A stretch of DNA of 64,000 nucleotides, taken from positions 514-64,513 of the forward strand of contig JAZBOQ010000176.1 of assembly GCA_036351195.1 (NCBI GenBank), given 5' to 3'. The translations under genes were made by a program, and so were the position numbers. Below are positions 1-9,321 of this stretch, piece by piece (position 1 is the first letter of the stretch; each line of letters opens with the position of its first letter). This DNA is from Thermoanaerobaculales bacterium. Its GTDB lineage: Bacteria > Acidobacteriota > Thermoanaerobaculia > Thermoanaerobaculales > Sulfomarinibacteraceae. The notes beneath the pieces are model-generated. The model worked only from the letters and a program-made list of their open reading frames with translations, was not told the DNA's origin and ran no database searches.

Positions 1-1
1 G

Positions 2-970
2 GTGATTGAGATCGAACCAACGGTCGTCGACGGCGCTGCCCAGTTCTCCCGCGAGAACCACGGTGTTCTCGAGGATCCCCGGATGGAGCTGGTGACCGAC
101 GACGTTTCCTCCTTTCTGCGCACCACGGACCGACGCTGGCATGCGATCACGGCTGACGAGAAGACCGCAGACGAATATGCGTCCAACGGCTTCTCCTACT
201 CCGTTGACTACTACGAGCTGCTCGCCAACCACCTGGTTGATGGAGGGGTCGTGGTGCAGTGGGTGCCGGCGACGCTGCCGCCGCGACAATTTCAAATGAT
301 CCTGAGAAGCTTCAGCGAGAGCTTCGGGCACGTGCAGCTGTGGTATTTCCTCCCGGCCTACCGCCGGGGGCCCTTCAACGCAGTTCTCGTCGGCAGCCAC
401 GAGGCGATCGCGCTCGACTACCAGGCGGTTCAGGATCGCTTCGAGCGCCGCAGTGAGGCGCTGGCCGGCCTCCGTCCCTACGGCTTGACCTCCGCTGTGG
501 CGCTGCTGCCGCATTTCGTCGCGGGCGACGAGCTGGTGCGGGCCGGGGTGGCTTCAGCTCCGGTCAACACGCTCGACCATCCACGCTACGAGTTCTACCA
601 CCCCTGGGATTACGCGGCGGATCGCAAAGGGAAGACGCTGGCCAATCACGTTTTCCTGCTCGATCTCAAACGAAGGGCGCACGGCGGCTTTTTCGAACAG
701 GTCACGCCGACGGCCACGGATCAGGCCTGGCTGCAGAAGACCTTTGCCGCCGAGTTCCGGTATCTCGAGTGCTTCGCCATGTTTCTTGACGGGCTCTCGG
801 CCCCCGACCACTTCCGCCTGTTCGACCGCGTGCTCGAAATCGCACCGTGGAACGACAGCCTGCGCGCACGCATCTACTCGCAATACCGGCACCTGGCTGC
901 GAGCGAACGAAATCCCGAGCTTCGGCGACGCTACCAATCCCGGGCCGAGGCCCTCCGCGACGAATCGTAG
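2..970 (+). CDS. spermidine synthase-like (class I MTase fold) protein, C-terminal part; 5' end lies outside the window
   Basis: ORF is open from the window edge. The patterns EIEP.VV, DDV..FL and GGVVVQWVP resemble the spermidine-synthase-like module found at the C-terminus of fused membrane proteins. Recognised by eye only. Confidence 0.55.
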   Translation: MIEIEPTVVDGAAQFSRENHGVLEDPRMELVTDDVSSFLRTTDRRWHAITADEKTADEYASNGFSYSVDYYELLANHLVDGGVVVQWVPATLPPRQFQMILRSFSESFGHVQLWYFLPAYRRGPFNAVLVGSHEAIALDYQAVQDRFERRSEALAGLRPYGLTSAVALLPHFVAGDELVRAGVASAPVNTLDHPRYEFYHPWDYAADRKGKTLANHVFLLDLKRRAHGGFFEQVTPTATDQAWLQKTFAAEFRYLECFAMFLDGLSAPDHFRLFDRVLEIAPWNDSLRARIYSQYRHLAASERNPELRRRYQSRAEALRDES

Positions 971-1050
971 GCGCCACAGGTCGCATTGATATCGGACACG
1001 CAGGTGGCCGCCACGGGCGGCTGCCACCTATCGTGGCGGGAGCAGGCCAC

Positions 1051-1899
1051 CTACTCGAGGAGGTGGACCCTGAAGAACTCCACCGTGCGCTTCCACGAGT
1101 CCTCGGCGGCCTCGGCCTGATAGTTCTGTCCCGAGGGGTTGGCAAAGGCGTGGCCGGCGCCGGGGTAGATCACGATCTCGGCGTCGGCGCCGATCTCCTC
1201 GAGGGCGGCCTCGAACGCTCGCACGCTGTCCACCGGGATCCCACCATCCTCCTCGCCGAACAGGCCCAGCAACGGCGCCCGAAGAGCGCTCAGTCCGTCC
1301 GTCTCGCTCGGCGGCCAACCGTAGTACATCACCGCGGCATCGAGGCCGTCTCCGAGGACAAGAGCGGATCGGAAGGACCAGGTTCCGCCGAAGCACCATC
1401 CCACGACGCCGGTGGCCGGCGCCTGATGGTCGCCGACGAGAAAGGTATGGGCCGCCTTCAGATTGGCGACCTGGCGGTCCGCCTGCTCCATGGCGGCACT
1501 CATCAGTTCACGGGCGCGCTCCGGTGTGCCGGCCGTCTCGTCGTCGTAGAGATCAACGGCCAGGGCCCGATAGCCCTCGCCGGCGAGGCGGTCGGCCATG
1601 GACCGGATGTTGTCGTTGAGGCCCCACCACTCGTGGATTACGAGGACGCCGGGCAGAGGATCGCCGATTCCCTTGGGGACCGCCATGTAGCCGGTCAGTT
1701 CGGTGCCGTCGATGGTTCCGTAGACGACGTCGCCACCCGAAACGGCCGCCGCCCCTTCGGCGGAGGACATGGGATTGGCCTCAGGGCTGTCGGTAGCGTG
1801 CTGGTCGGCCATCTGGTCGACGTACTCCGAGTCGCCGGATGGGGATCCTCCGCACGCAATGAGCACGGTGAGACCACCGAGGATCAGAAACTGGCGCAT
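1051..1899 (-). CDS. dienelactone hydrolase family lipoprotein
   Basis: GVLVIHEWWGLN, the nucleophile-elbow-like GWCFGG and YPGAGHAFANP are typical of DLH-family alpha/beta hydrolases. I prefer the internal start MRQFLILGGLTVLIACGG, a lipobox-type signal, over the ORF start at 1980. Confidence 0.85.
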   Translation of the reverse strand: MRQFLILGGLTVLIACGGSPSGDSEYVDQMADQHATDSPEANPMSSAEGAAAVSGGDVVYGTIDGTELTGYMAVPKGIGDPLPGVLVIHEWWGLNDNIRSMADRLAGEGYRALAVDLYDDETAGTPERARELMSAAMEQADRQVANLKAAHTFLVGDHQAPATGVVGWCFGGTWSFRSALVLGDGLDAAVMYYGWPPSETDGLSALRAPLLGLFGEEDGGIPVDSVRAFEAALEEIGADAEIVIYPGAGHAFANPSGQNYQAEAAEDSWKRTVEFFRVHLLE

Positions 1900-2212
1900 G
1901 AATTTGTCCTTTCGTCTACCACGACGAAACGCGGCGCCCGAGAGCGGAATTCCCCAATGGGTGCGCGCACGGGCCTGCATCGATGGGTGCGTATCGCCTA
2001 TTGAATCTTGGTCGAAGCAGTCCCGCCGACGTCACACTGCGACACGCGGCACCTGTCTGACCCATGGGTGCCCATGAGTGCCGGGCTCGGAGTGTAGGAG
2101 TTCTGCGCCGAAACCGGGCAACTCCCCACCCGGTACCGATACGAGTCCTGCGCCATCCGTGATCCAGTTTCGACGTCGATGTCGTCTGGTGAGGTGAAGG
2201 GAGAGCTTTGAG

Positions 2213-5170
2213 ATGGAACTTGTCAACCGGAGTGCCGTGCTCGACCGGATGAACTCGAGTCCGAATCCAACCGTTCGCGATACGCTGAAGCTCGGGATCG
2301 TCGGGCTGGCCAGCCTGTTCGCGATCCTGGTCATGGCAGCCGGCATCGCCTCCGCCGACCCGCCGTTGGCGTCAACCTTCCTCGGTGGCAGCGGCGGCGA
2401 GAGCAACTACCGGTCCGTCCGCGATGCCGACGGCAACATCTACGTCGCCAGCACCACGACGTCGACGGACTACCCGACCACTCCAGGTGTCCACGGACCA
2501 ACATACTTCGGCGGCACCCACGACATCTTCGTCGCAAAGCTCACGCCCGATCTGACGACCCTGTTGGCCGCGACCTACGTGGGCGGCTCGGATGCCGAGA
2601 GCTATGCCGGGCTCGCGATCACCTCGGACGGCAGCATCCTGGTCGGGGGCGGCACCCATTCGACCGACATCCCCGTCACTCCGGGCGCCTACCAAAGCGT
2701 CAAGAGCTCCGAGGCGGACATCTTCATCGTCAAGCTCAGCAGCGATCTGACCACCGTGCTCGCGGCGACGTACGTCGGCGCCACCGGCACCGAACCGTGG
2801 GGCCCCCTGACGATCGACGTGGACGCCTCCGACAACGCGGTTCTGGGTTGCCGCTCGACGTCGTCGGGCTTTCCGACCACGGACGGAGCCTACGACAGGA
2901 CCTACAACGACTACTCGCCCGGCCACGGGGACGCCGTCGTCGCGAGGCTCGACGGCGGCCTCACGACCCTCCTTGCATCGACGTTCATCGGCGGCGCCCT
3001 GTGGGACCAGCCGCGGCATCTGGCCGTTCAACCGGACGGCACCGTCCTGGTGGCCGGTGACACCAACAACTCGACCAGCTACGGGGCCTTTTTCCCGACG
3101 ACGGCCGGCGCCTACTCGTCCTGCTCCAACAACCACACGAAAAGCGACGCCTTCGTGAGCCGACTGTCCGCGGATTTCTCGACCCTCGTCGCGTCGACCT
3201 GCATCGGGGGATTCAGTGGGAATGAACACCCGTTCGGATTCGCGTCGAGATCCGACGGATCGGTGGTCGTCATCGGGCGAACCGAATCGACCACCTTCCC
3301 GACCACGTCCGGGACGTACGCCACGACGTACGGCGGAACCGGGGACGCCTTCGTGGCCGTTTTCGACTATGGGCTGAGCAGCCTCCAAGCGAGCACCTAC
3401 CTCGGCAACTACCTCGGGGAATGGGCCTACGGAGCGCTGATCGATCCTCTGGGCCGCATCCACGTGGTGGGGATGACCGAATCTTCGAACTTCCCGACCA
3501 CCCCGGACGCATTCGACACCACGCTGGACGGCACGAGGGACGCATTTCACGTTCGGTTCGACGCGACGCTGCAAACCCTCGAGTACGCAACCTTCGTCGG
3601 GGGCTCCGACACCGAGTCTGCCAACGGCGTCTTCCTTGTCGACGGACAGCTGTACCTCCACGGCGGAACCGGCTCGGCCGACTTTCCGACGACGACCGGC
3701 GCCTACGACGAGACCCACAACGGCGAGGGCGACGGCTTCGTGTTCTCCTGGACCACCATCGAGGACCTCGACTGCGGCGACGCGCCGGATCCCTCCTTCC
3801 CCACCCTGCTCGCCTCCAACGGCGCCCGGCATGCCATCAACGGCACGACCTACCTCGGTGCGGGCGTGGACGCCGAGTTCGACGGCCAACCGACGGCGAC
3901 CGCCGACGGCGACGATCTCGACGGCACCAACGACGAGGACGGCGTGGTCTTCACGACCGGTCTCGGCGCCGGTCTCGCTGCCTTCCTCGAGGTCACGGCT
4001 TCTGCTCCCGGACTGCTCAACGCCTGGGTCGATTTCGACGCCGACGGCGACTGGGCCGACGCCGGTGAGCAGATCTTCACCGACGAGGCCCTCGTACCGG
4101 GGGTCAATTCGCTGAGCTTCACGGTCCCACAGACGGCGGCGATCGGCAACACATTCGCCCGTTTCCGGTTCGACTCGTCGGGTGGACTGTCGGTCGAAGG
4201 CCCCGCGTTCGACGGCGAGGTCGAGGACTACCAGTTGGCCATCCGGGAGATCGACTTCGGCGACGCTCCCGACCCGAGCTACCCAACGCTGCTGGCATCC
4301 GGCGGCGCGGCCCACCTTCTCGGATCAGGGCTGCATCTCGGAAGCTCGGTGGACGGTGAGGCCGACGGCCAACCGACGGCCGGTGCCGACGGCGATGATG
4401 TCGGAGGCAGCGACGACGAGGACGGCGTCGCGTTCACCTCACCGATCGGCGGTGGGTTCGAAGCATCGCTCGATGTGGTCGCCTCGGCCGCCGGGCTGCT
4501 CAATGCCTGGGTCGATTTCAACGCCGACGGCGACTGGAGCGACGCGGGAGAGCAGATCTTCACCGACCAGGCGGTCATCGCCGGCGCCAATGCCTTGAGC
4601 TTTACTGCACCCCTTGGAGTGGTCGCCGGCAACACCGTCGGCCGCTTCCGATTGGACACGGTCGGTGGTCTCTCGTATACCGGGCTCGCGTCCGACGGGG
4701 AGGTGGAAGACCACCTCATCCAGATCGACCCGTCCCGCGATCTCGAGATCGCCGTCGGCGACACCCCCGATCCTGTTCCCGAGGGCGGCCGTCTCGTCTA
4801 CCATCTCTCGGTGTGGACCAACGGCCAGCTCGACTCCAGCGATGTCGAGCTGACACACACCCTCCCGCCCCAGACGACGTTCGTCGCCGCGAGCCACGGC
4901 GGATGTTCAGAAACCGGCGGGGTGGTCACCTGTCATCTCGCCACCGTCTCGCCCGGAACACCGGTCGATGTCGAGATCGAGGTGGACGTCGACTTCGGGA
5001 CCACCGGATCCATCAGTGCCACCGCGGTGGTGACCTCATCCGACGGCGATCTGTTCCCCGGCAACAACACCGAAATGGAGACGACCGTGGTCGTCGACGA
5101 GCCGACCTACATCTTCTCCGATGGGTTCGAAGTCGCCGACACCTCTCGCTGGTCCGCGACGTCGCCGTAG
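2213..5170 (+). CDS. large secreted protein: N-terminal signal/anchor, about 7 SBBP-type beta-propeller repeats, two tandem GEVED domains, C-terminal DUF11-like repeat
   Basis: Recurrent D.FV.KL...L..L..STY.GGS units. Two copies of GDAPDPS.PTLLAS...DGDD...DEDGV...NAWVDF.ADGDW...DGEVEDY. The C-terminal DLEIAV.DTPDPV...L.Y.L.V.N.G segment looks like DUF11. A GGGAG-type RBS lies upstream. Confidence 0.85.
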   Translation: MELVNRSAVLDRMNSSPNPTVRDTLKLGIVGLASLFAILVMAAGIASADPPLASTFLGGSGGESNYRSVRDADGNIYVASTTTSTDYPTTPGVHGPTYFGGTHDIFVAKLTPDLTTLLAATYVGGSDAESYAGLAITSDGSILVGGGTHSTDIPVTPGAYQSVKSSEADIFIVKLSSDLTTVLAATYVGATGTEPWGPLTIDVDASDNAVLGCRSTSSGFPTTDGAYDRTYNDYSPGHGDAVVARLDGGLTTLLASTFIGGALWDQPRHLAVQPDGTVLVAGDTNNSTSYGAFFPTTAGAYSSCSNNHTKSDAFVSRLSADFSTLVASTCIGGFSGNEHPFGFASRSDGSVVVIGRTESTTFPTTSGTYATTYGGTGDAFVAVFDYGLSSLQASTYLGNYLGEWAYGALIDPLGRIHVVGMTESSNFPTTPDAFDTTLDGTRDAFHVRFDATLQTLEYATFVGGSDTESANGVFLVDGQLYLHGGTGSADFPTTTGAYDETHNGEGDGFVFSWTTIEDLDCGDAPDPSFPTLLASNGARHAINGTTYLGAGVDAEFDGQPTATADGDDLDGTNDEDGVVFTTGLGAGLAAFLEVTASAPGLLNAWVDFDADGDWADAGEQIFTDEALVPGVNSLSFTVPQTAAIGNTFARFRFDSSGGLSVEGPAFDGEVEDYQLAIREIDFGDAPDPSYPTLLASGGAAHLLGSGLHLGSSVDGEADGQPTAGADGDDVGGSDDEDGVAFTSPIGGGFEASLDVVASAAGLLNAWVDFNADGDWSDAGEQIFTDQAVIAGANALSFTAPLGVVAGNTVGRFRLDTVGGLSYTGLASDGEVEDHLIQIDPSRDLEIAVGDTPDPVPEGGRLVYHLSVWTNGQLDSSDVELTHTLPPQTTFVAASHGGCSETGGVVTCHLATVSPGTPVDVEIEVDVDFGTTGSISATAVVTSSDGDLFPGNNTEMETTVVVDEPTYIFSDGFEVADTSRWSATSP
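3764..4726 (+). repeat. intragenic tandem duplication (about 3764-4249 and 4250-4726) encoding two GEVED-domain modules
   Basis: Two protein segments of about 160 aa align colinearly with roughly 60 percent identity by eye (DAPDPS.PTLLAS, DGQPTA.ADGDD, GLLNAWVDF.ADGDW.DAGEQIFTD, DGEVED). Confidence 0.8.
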
Positions 5171-5300
5171 CCCTCGGGCCTCGTCTCTCGATTGGCAAGA
5201 CAACGGGCAACGAAGTGCCCGGCACCTTTCGGTCGCCTTGTCGACCGTGGTAGCGTCGAGGTGACCGAGAAGGCAATTGATGTCCTCGAGGGGTGGGGAA

Positions 5301-7802
5301 ATGAAATCCGAAACTGGTATTTGGACCGGCAGGCAGGAAACACCCATATCGGAGGGCGAGCTCGACCTCAGCCTGGTCGAGGACCGGCTGGTCGAGTTTC
5401 TGGGACGGTACGGAGAGAAGACCGTTGTCGGGCCCCAATTGGCCGAGCTACTGGGCACGGGCGATGGCGAGGAGCGTCTGACGCGGCTGATTACGGCCTG
5501 CGGGTTCGAGGGCCGATCCGAGGCCTTCATACGAACGGTCCTTGACGAACTGAGCCGGACGTCGCCTCAGTCGGTGGCAAACATACGCCTCGGCGAGATC
5601 ACCCTGCCGAAGGAGATGTTGCTCCTGCTCCTCGAGGAACTGCTGCCGGGCTCCGGTTTCGTCAACGTCGGAGACCTGGAGCAGTACGAGGCGCTCTGCA
5701 ACGTCACGGTTCCCAATGAGGAACGCGACAGTCTCCGCCGGGTGCTCCGCGAATACCCGGTGCGGCTTTCCCACCACACGCTGCGCCAGGTTCGTTTGTC
5801 CGAGGGCGTCGGTTACCAGTATCTCCCGTTTGCCGACGAGCTTTCGGACGAGGGCCAGGTCCACACCTGGATCGGCCGGTTCCACCAGGGCGTTGTGGAA
5901 CGGATGTACGACAACCGGCTCATCATGGTGCTCCACATGAGCTGCCCCGTCTACTGCCGTTTCTGCTTCCGCAAACACAAGGAGTGCCGGGAGCAGCCGC
6001 CGCCCACCGTGGAGGACATCGACGCGGCGTTGGAGTACGTCGCTGGCGACGACCACATCAGGGAAGTCGTGCTCACCGGCGGCGAACCGCTGATGAACCG
6101 AAAGACGGTGGAGCAGTCGATCTATGGTCTGGCACGCATCCCTCACGTCGAGACCGTGCGCCTCGCGGCCCGGACCATCTCCTACCACCCCCAGATGCTC
6201 CGCCGCCGAGACGAGTTCTGGATGCGCTTCCTGATCAAGGCGCGCGAAGCCCTCGCGATGGTGGGCAAGCACTTCGAGGTCGCCGGGCACTTCATCCATC
6301 CGGACGAGGCCTCCGTCCCCACGCTCGACATCATCGCCGAGCTGGCGCGAAACGGCATACCGGTCTATGTCCAGACGCCCTTCCTCGCCGGCTGCAACGA
6401 CGACGGTGAGATCCTGGCCAGGCTGTATCACGAGCTGAGGCTGCGCGGGGCAGAGATGCACTACATTTTCCTGCCCTGCAGCGCGATCAAAGGGAACCGG
6501 CGTTACTGGAGCCCGGTGGCGACTGCATTGCGTGCCGGCAACGAGCTGCGGGCCATCCTCTCGGACCGGGCGATCCCCCACCTGACCACGGCGACCGCAA
6601 TCGGCAAGATCGACTGGCTAACCAGCGGCTGGGCGGTGGGCCGCGACGAGACCGACCCCGCGTTCATCTGGATTCGGACACCCTACACCCGGCAGTACTT
6701 CTCCCAGTTTGTCGAGCCGGACGTCGAGATCGACGGCGTGCGCGAGAACGAGGAGGGCATGCTGGAGGTGCGTTTCATGGCCGATATCGGCGACGAAGGG
6801 CTGTTCGTCGAGCCCCGGATCGAGCTGCCTGATGTCGACGATGTGAACGACGTGGACCTCCCCTTCGACGAAGAACAGGTCGCCGAGCTTTACGAGTACC
6901 TGCCCGATATCGGACCCCACATCGTGGCGAGCGGCCTCGAGAAACTCTGCCGCGTGCACCGAACCCGTGTCGAACTCCGCGTGGACAGCAACGACCACGA
7001 GCTCGAGGAGATCGTCGACTACGTGGCGGATCACCCCGAGATCACCGACGCCGTTCTGCGCACCGACACGGCGCTGCCGGGCTCCCTGGACGAGATCGAA
7101 CGCGCCGTCGGCGCCCTGCGGGCCGGGACCGACGTGCGGTCGTTCCGGATGCGGAGCCGCATCTTCCACGAGGAGCCTCTGCTCTATGATCCTTCGGTGG
7201 TGGAGCGCTGCGCCGCACTGCAGAACCTCGACGTGGCCGATCCCGTGCGCTTCGAACTGGAAACGCTGGTACTGAGCGCGGACCAGCTCGGAGACAGCCA
7301 CCGCCGGGTCGTGGAGAGCCTGCATCAGAGCGGTGTGACCATCTATCTCAACAGCTGCCTGCTGCACAACGTGAACGACAGTGCAGCCGCGATGCGGGCG
7401 CTGTCGTCGAAGTGCCGTCAGTTCGGCTTCGAGTTTCACCATCTCTACGTCGCCGGCGCGCAGACCCAACGTCATTGGAACGCCGGCAGGCCGCTGGACC
7501 TCGACACGATCATCGGCATCGCCACCGAGCTGCGCCGCAACGGCAGCGGCCGGGAGCTTCCGCGCCTGATCGTCTCCACCGAACTGGGGGAAGTGGACTT
7601 CGGGCCGGGCTGCCACATCCGTCCGGGCCGTGAACGCGGCACGGCTGAGATCACGCTCTGGCCCTACACGTTGGGTTACTTCAAGGCCATGGACCCGGAG
7701 TTCGAGTGGCCGGAAGGGGTGCGCGAGCAGGGCGGGTGTCCGGTGGTGTCGATGCCCGGGCTGCGATGCCGTCACAGTTGGGGCCCGCCGACGCGACCGT
7801 GA
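5301..7802 (+). CDS. KamA-family (lysine 2,3-aminomutase-like) radical SAM protein, about 830 aa with a second degenerate KamA-like half
   Basis: CPVYCRFCFRKH (CX3CX2C, DNA about 5941-5980), LTGGEPLM, and VYVQTPFLAGCNDDG...MHYIFL. The C-terminal half repeats the pattern TIYLNSCLLHNVNDS...FHHLYV without the Cys triad. Start chosen at the ATG after GAGGGGTGGGGA; 5277 is also possible. Confidence 0.8.
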   Translation: MKSETGIWTGRQETPISEGELDLSLVEDRLVEFLGRYGEKTVVGPQLAELLGTGDGEERLTRLITACGFEGRSEAFIRTVLDELSRTSPQSVANIRLGEITLPKEMLLLLLEELLPGSGFVNVGDLEQYEALCNVTVPNEERDSLRRVLREYPVRLSHHTLRQVRLSEGVGYQYLPFADELSDEGQVHTWIGRFHQGVVERMYDNRLIMVLHMSCPVYCRFCFRKHKECREQPPPTVEDIDAALEYVAGDDHIREVVLTGGEPLMNRKTVEQSIYGLARIPHVETVRLAARTISYHPQMLRRRDEFWMRFLIKAREALAMVGKHFEVAGHFIHPDEASVPTLDIIAELARNGIPVYVQTPFLAGCNDDGEILARLYHELRLRGAEMHYIFLPCSAIKGNRRYWSPVATALRAGNELRAILSDRAIPHLTTATAIGKIDWLTSGWAVGRDETDPAFIWIRTPYTRQYFSQFVEPDVEIDGVRENEEGMLEVRFMADIGDEGLFVEPRIELPDVDDVNDVDLPFDEEQVAELYEYLPDIGPHIVASGLEKLCRVHRTRVELRVDSNDHELEEIVDYVADHPEITDAVLRTDTALPGSLDEIERAVGALRAGTDVRSFRMRSRIFHEEPLLYDPSVVERCAALQNLDVADPVRFELETLVLSADQLGDSHRRVVESLHQSGVTIYLNSCLLHNVNDSAAAMRALSSKCRQFGFEFHHLYVAGAQTQRHWNAGRPLDLDTIIGIATELRRNGSGRELPRLIVSTELGEVDFGPGCHIRPGRERGTAEITLWPYTLGYFKAMDPEFEWPEGVREQGGCPVVSMPGLRCRHSWGPPTRP

Positions 7803-8317
7803 CGGTCGCACTCCCGATGAGCATTAAGGGTGCACGATTCATGCATGTGTAAATTCTGGACAGCCCGCCGCCGAATGTGCGAAGCCGGCAACCTTCATTA
7901 CCCCCGCTGATTCATCCCCTTCCCCTTGGCCCCCTCGAGTGCGCGTGCCATCAGCAACATCGTCAAGCCGAGGGATAGGAATTTCCTTTCGTTCAGCGCC
8001 GGCCTAGCACGGGGTTGAGGCGCATATTCGGGGCCCAAGATGGGCTCGCATACCCGGGGGCGGTCCCCGAAACGGCAGAAACCAGAGCGCGTCCCTGGAC
8101 AACATGCTTCGAACCCCGGCCCCCCGTCCGACCGCCACCTCGAAGAACACACCCTGCACGGACGGCCGCAGCCGGAATGGAGTCAGGAGGTGGCGGGGAG
8201 GGTCGCCGCGCCCGGCGGACCGCGGGGAGACCGCGCTTCGGTCTTCGCGAGGTGCCTCAGAATCGCGTCGACCACGTCGTGCCCGGTGGACAGCGTTAAT
8301 CCAGTGTTCGCGGAGGC

Positions 8318-9178
8318 TCACAGCGATTCCCGCGGACGACGAGCAACGATGACTGGCAGATCGGTCTCTTCGCTCGGCACCGAGCCGCGCAGCGACGGGA
8401 AGCTCTGCAGGTCGTCCAAGCCGGCGCTGCGCAGGGTGCTCTCGAGCTCGTCCTCGCTGTAGGCTTCGTTGCTCATGGCGTAGCTTCCGACGGCGCCGGT
8501 CTCGGCGTCGACGACCATGAAGCGAGTGGTCGACGCTCGCGACTCGGCATCCCAGAAGTTCTCCTGGAGCACGAGGTGCGGTCTGTCAGAGAAGAGCCCG
8601 GACGGGGCGGCATACCAGCTCGGGCCGGCCTCGCCACCCTCTTTGATATTCTCCGCGACCTGCACCTCGAGCAGAAAGCGTCCCCCGGGCTCGAGCGCGG
8701 CGCGCGCCTTGGTGACGATCTCCATGGCTTGGTCCCTCGGGAAGACATTGAGCTGTCCGAAGACCATCATCACCAGGTCGAAGCTGTCGCCGAAGTCCTC
8801 GTCCCGAAGATCGGCATGGACGAATCGGCACGTCAGTCCGTTGACGACCGCGAACTTCGTAGCGTGGCGGATCGATGCCGGCGAGAAGTCGAGGCCGACG
8901 ACCTCACAACCCAATGAGGCCAGGCGGTGGGCGTACAGTCCGGGTCCGCAGCCGAGGTCCAACACCCTCGCCGGCCGGCCTGCGAGAACCGTGGCGAAGA
9001 TCCACTCGACGTGGTCGTCGATGGTGGCGGTCCTGCGGCTGGCGAGGTCGTGCTCCTGGCTGAGGTGCTCGGCGAGCATCCGCTCACTGAAATCCGGGTC
9101 ATTCCAGGGAATGTTGTCGCCCTCGGACCAGGGATTGGGGTCCGGCTTTCGGTTCACGATGTCCAGGATCGTCTTCAT
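8318..9178 (-). CDS. class I SAM-dependent methyltransferase
   Basis: Motif I VLDLGCGPGLYAHRLA..GCEVVGLDFS and the typical downstream acidic and FD.V motifs. Confidence 0.85.
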   Translation of the reverse strand: MKTILDIVNRKPDPNPWSEGDNIPWNDPDFSERMLAEHLSQEHDLASRRTATIDDHVEWIFATVLAGRPARVLDLGCGPGLYAHRLASLGCEVVGLDFSPASIRHATKFAVVNGLTCRFVHADLRDEDFGDSFDLVMMVFGQLNVFPRDQAMEIVTKARAALEPGGRFLLEVQVAENIKEGGEAGPSWYAAPSGLFSDRPHLVLQENFWDAESRASTTRFMVVDAETGAVGSYAMSNEAYSEDELESTLRSAGLDDLQSFPSLRGSVPSEETDLPVIVARRPRESL

Positions 9179-9321
9179 GGCGGGTGCCTCTCGTTGGCGA
9201 GTCGCGAGTATCTCGGTCGATGCCGCAATCCGGCACGAACACCAGGGAATACTTTCTCCCGATCAACATTGTTTCGACAGGGGCCGCCACAACCTCGATT
9301 GAGGATCGCCGACCCTCCCCG

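Noticed and set aside
2372-4315. 647-aa ORF on the minus strand opposite the secreted protein gene
   Set aside because: This is a typical high-GC antisense shadow ORF. It is Arg/Gly/Ala/Val-rich with no motif, and it fully overlaps a plus-strand gene that has clear domain repeats.
8106-8117. GGGGTTCGAAGC (minus strand), a T-loop-like string in the ORF-free spacer
   Set aside because: There is no complementary T-stem or acceptor stem, and no D-arm or anticodon arm could be drawn.
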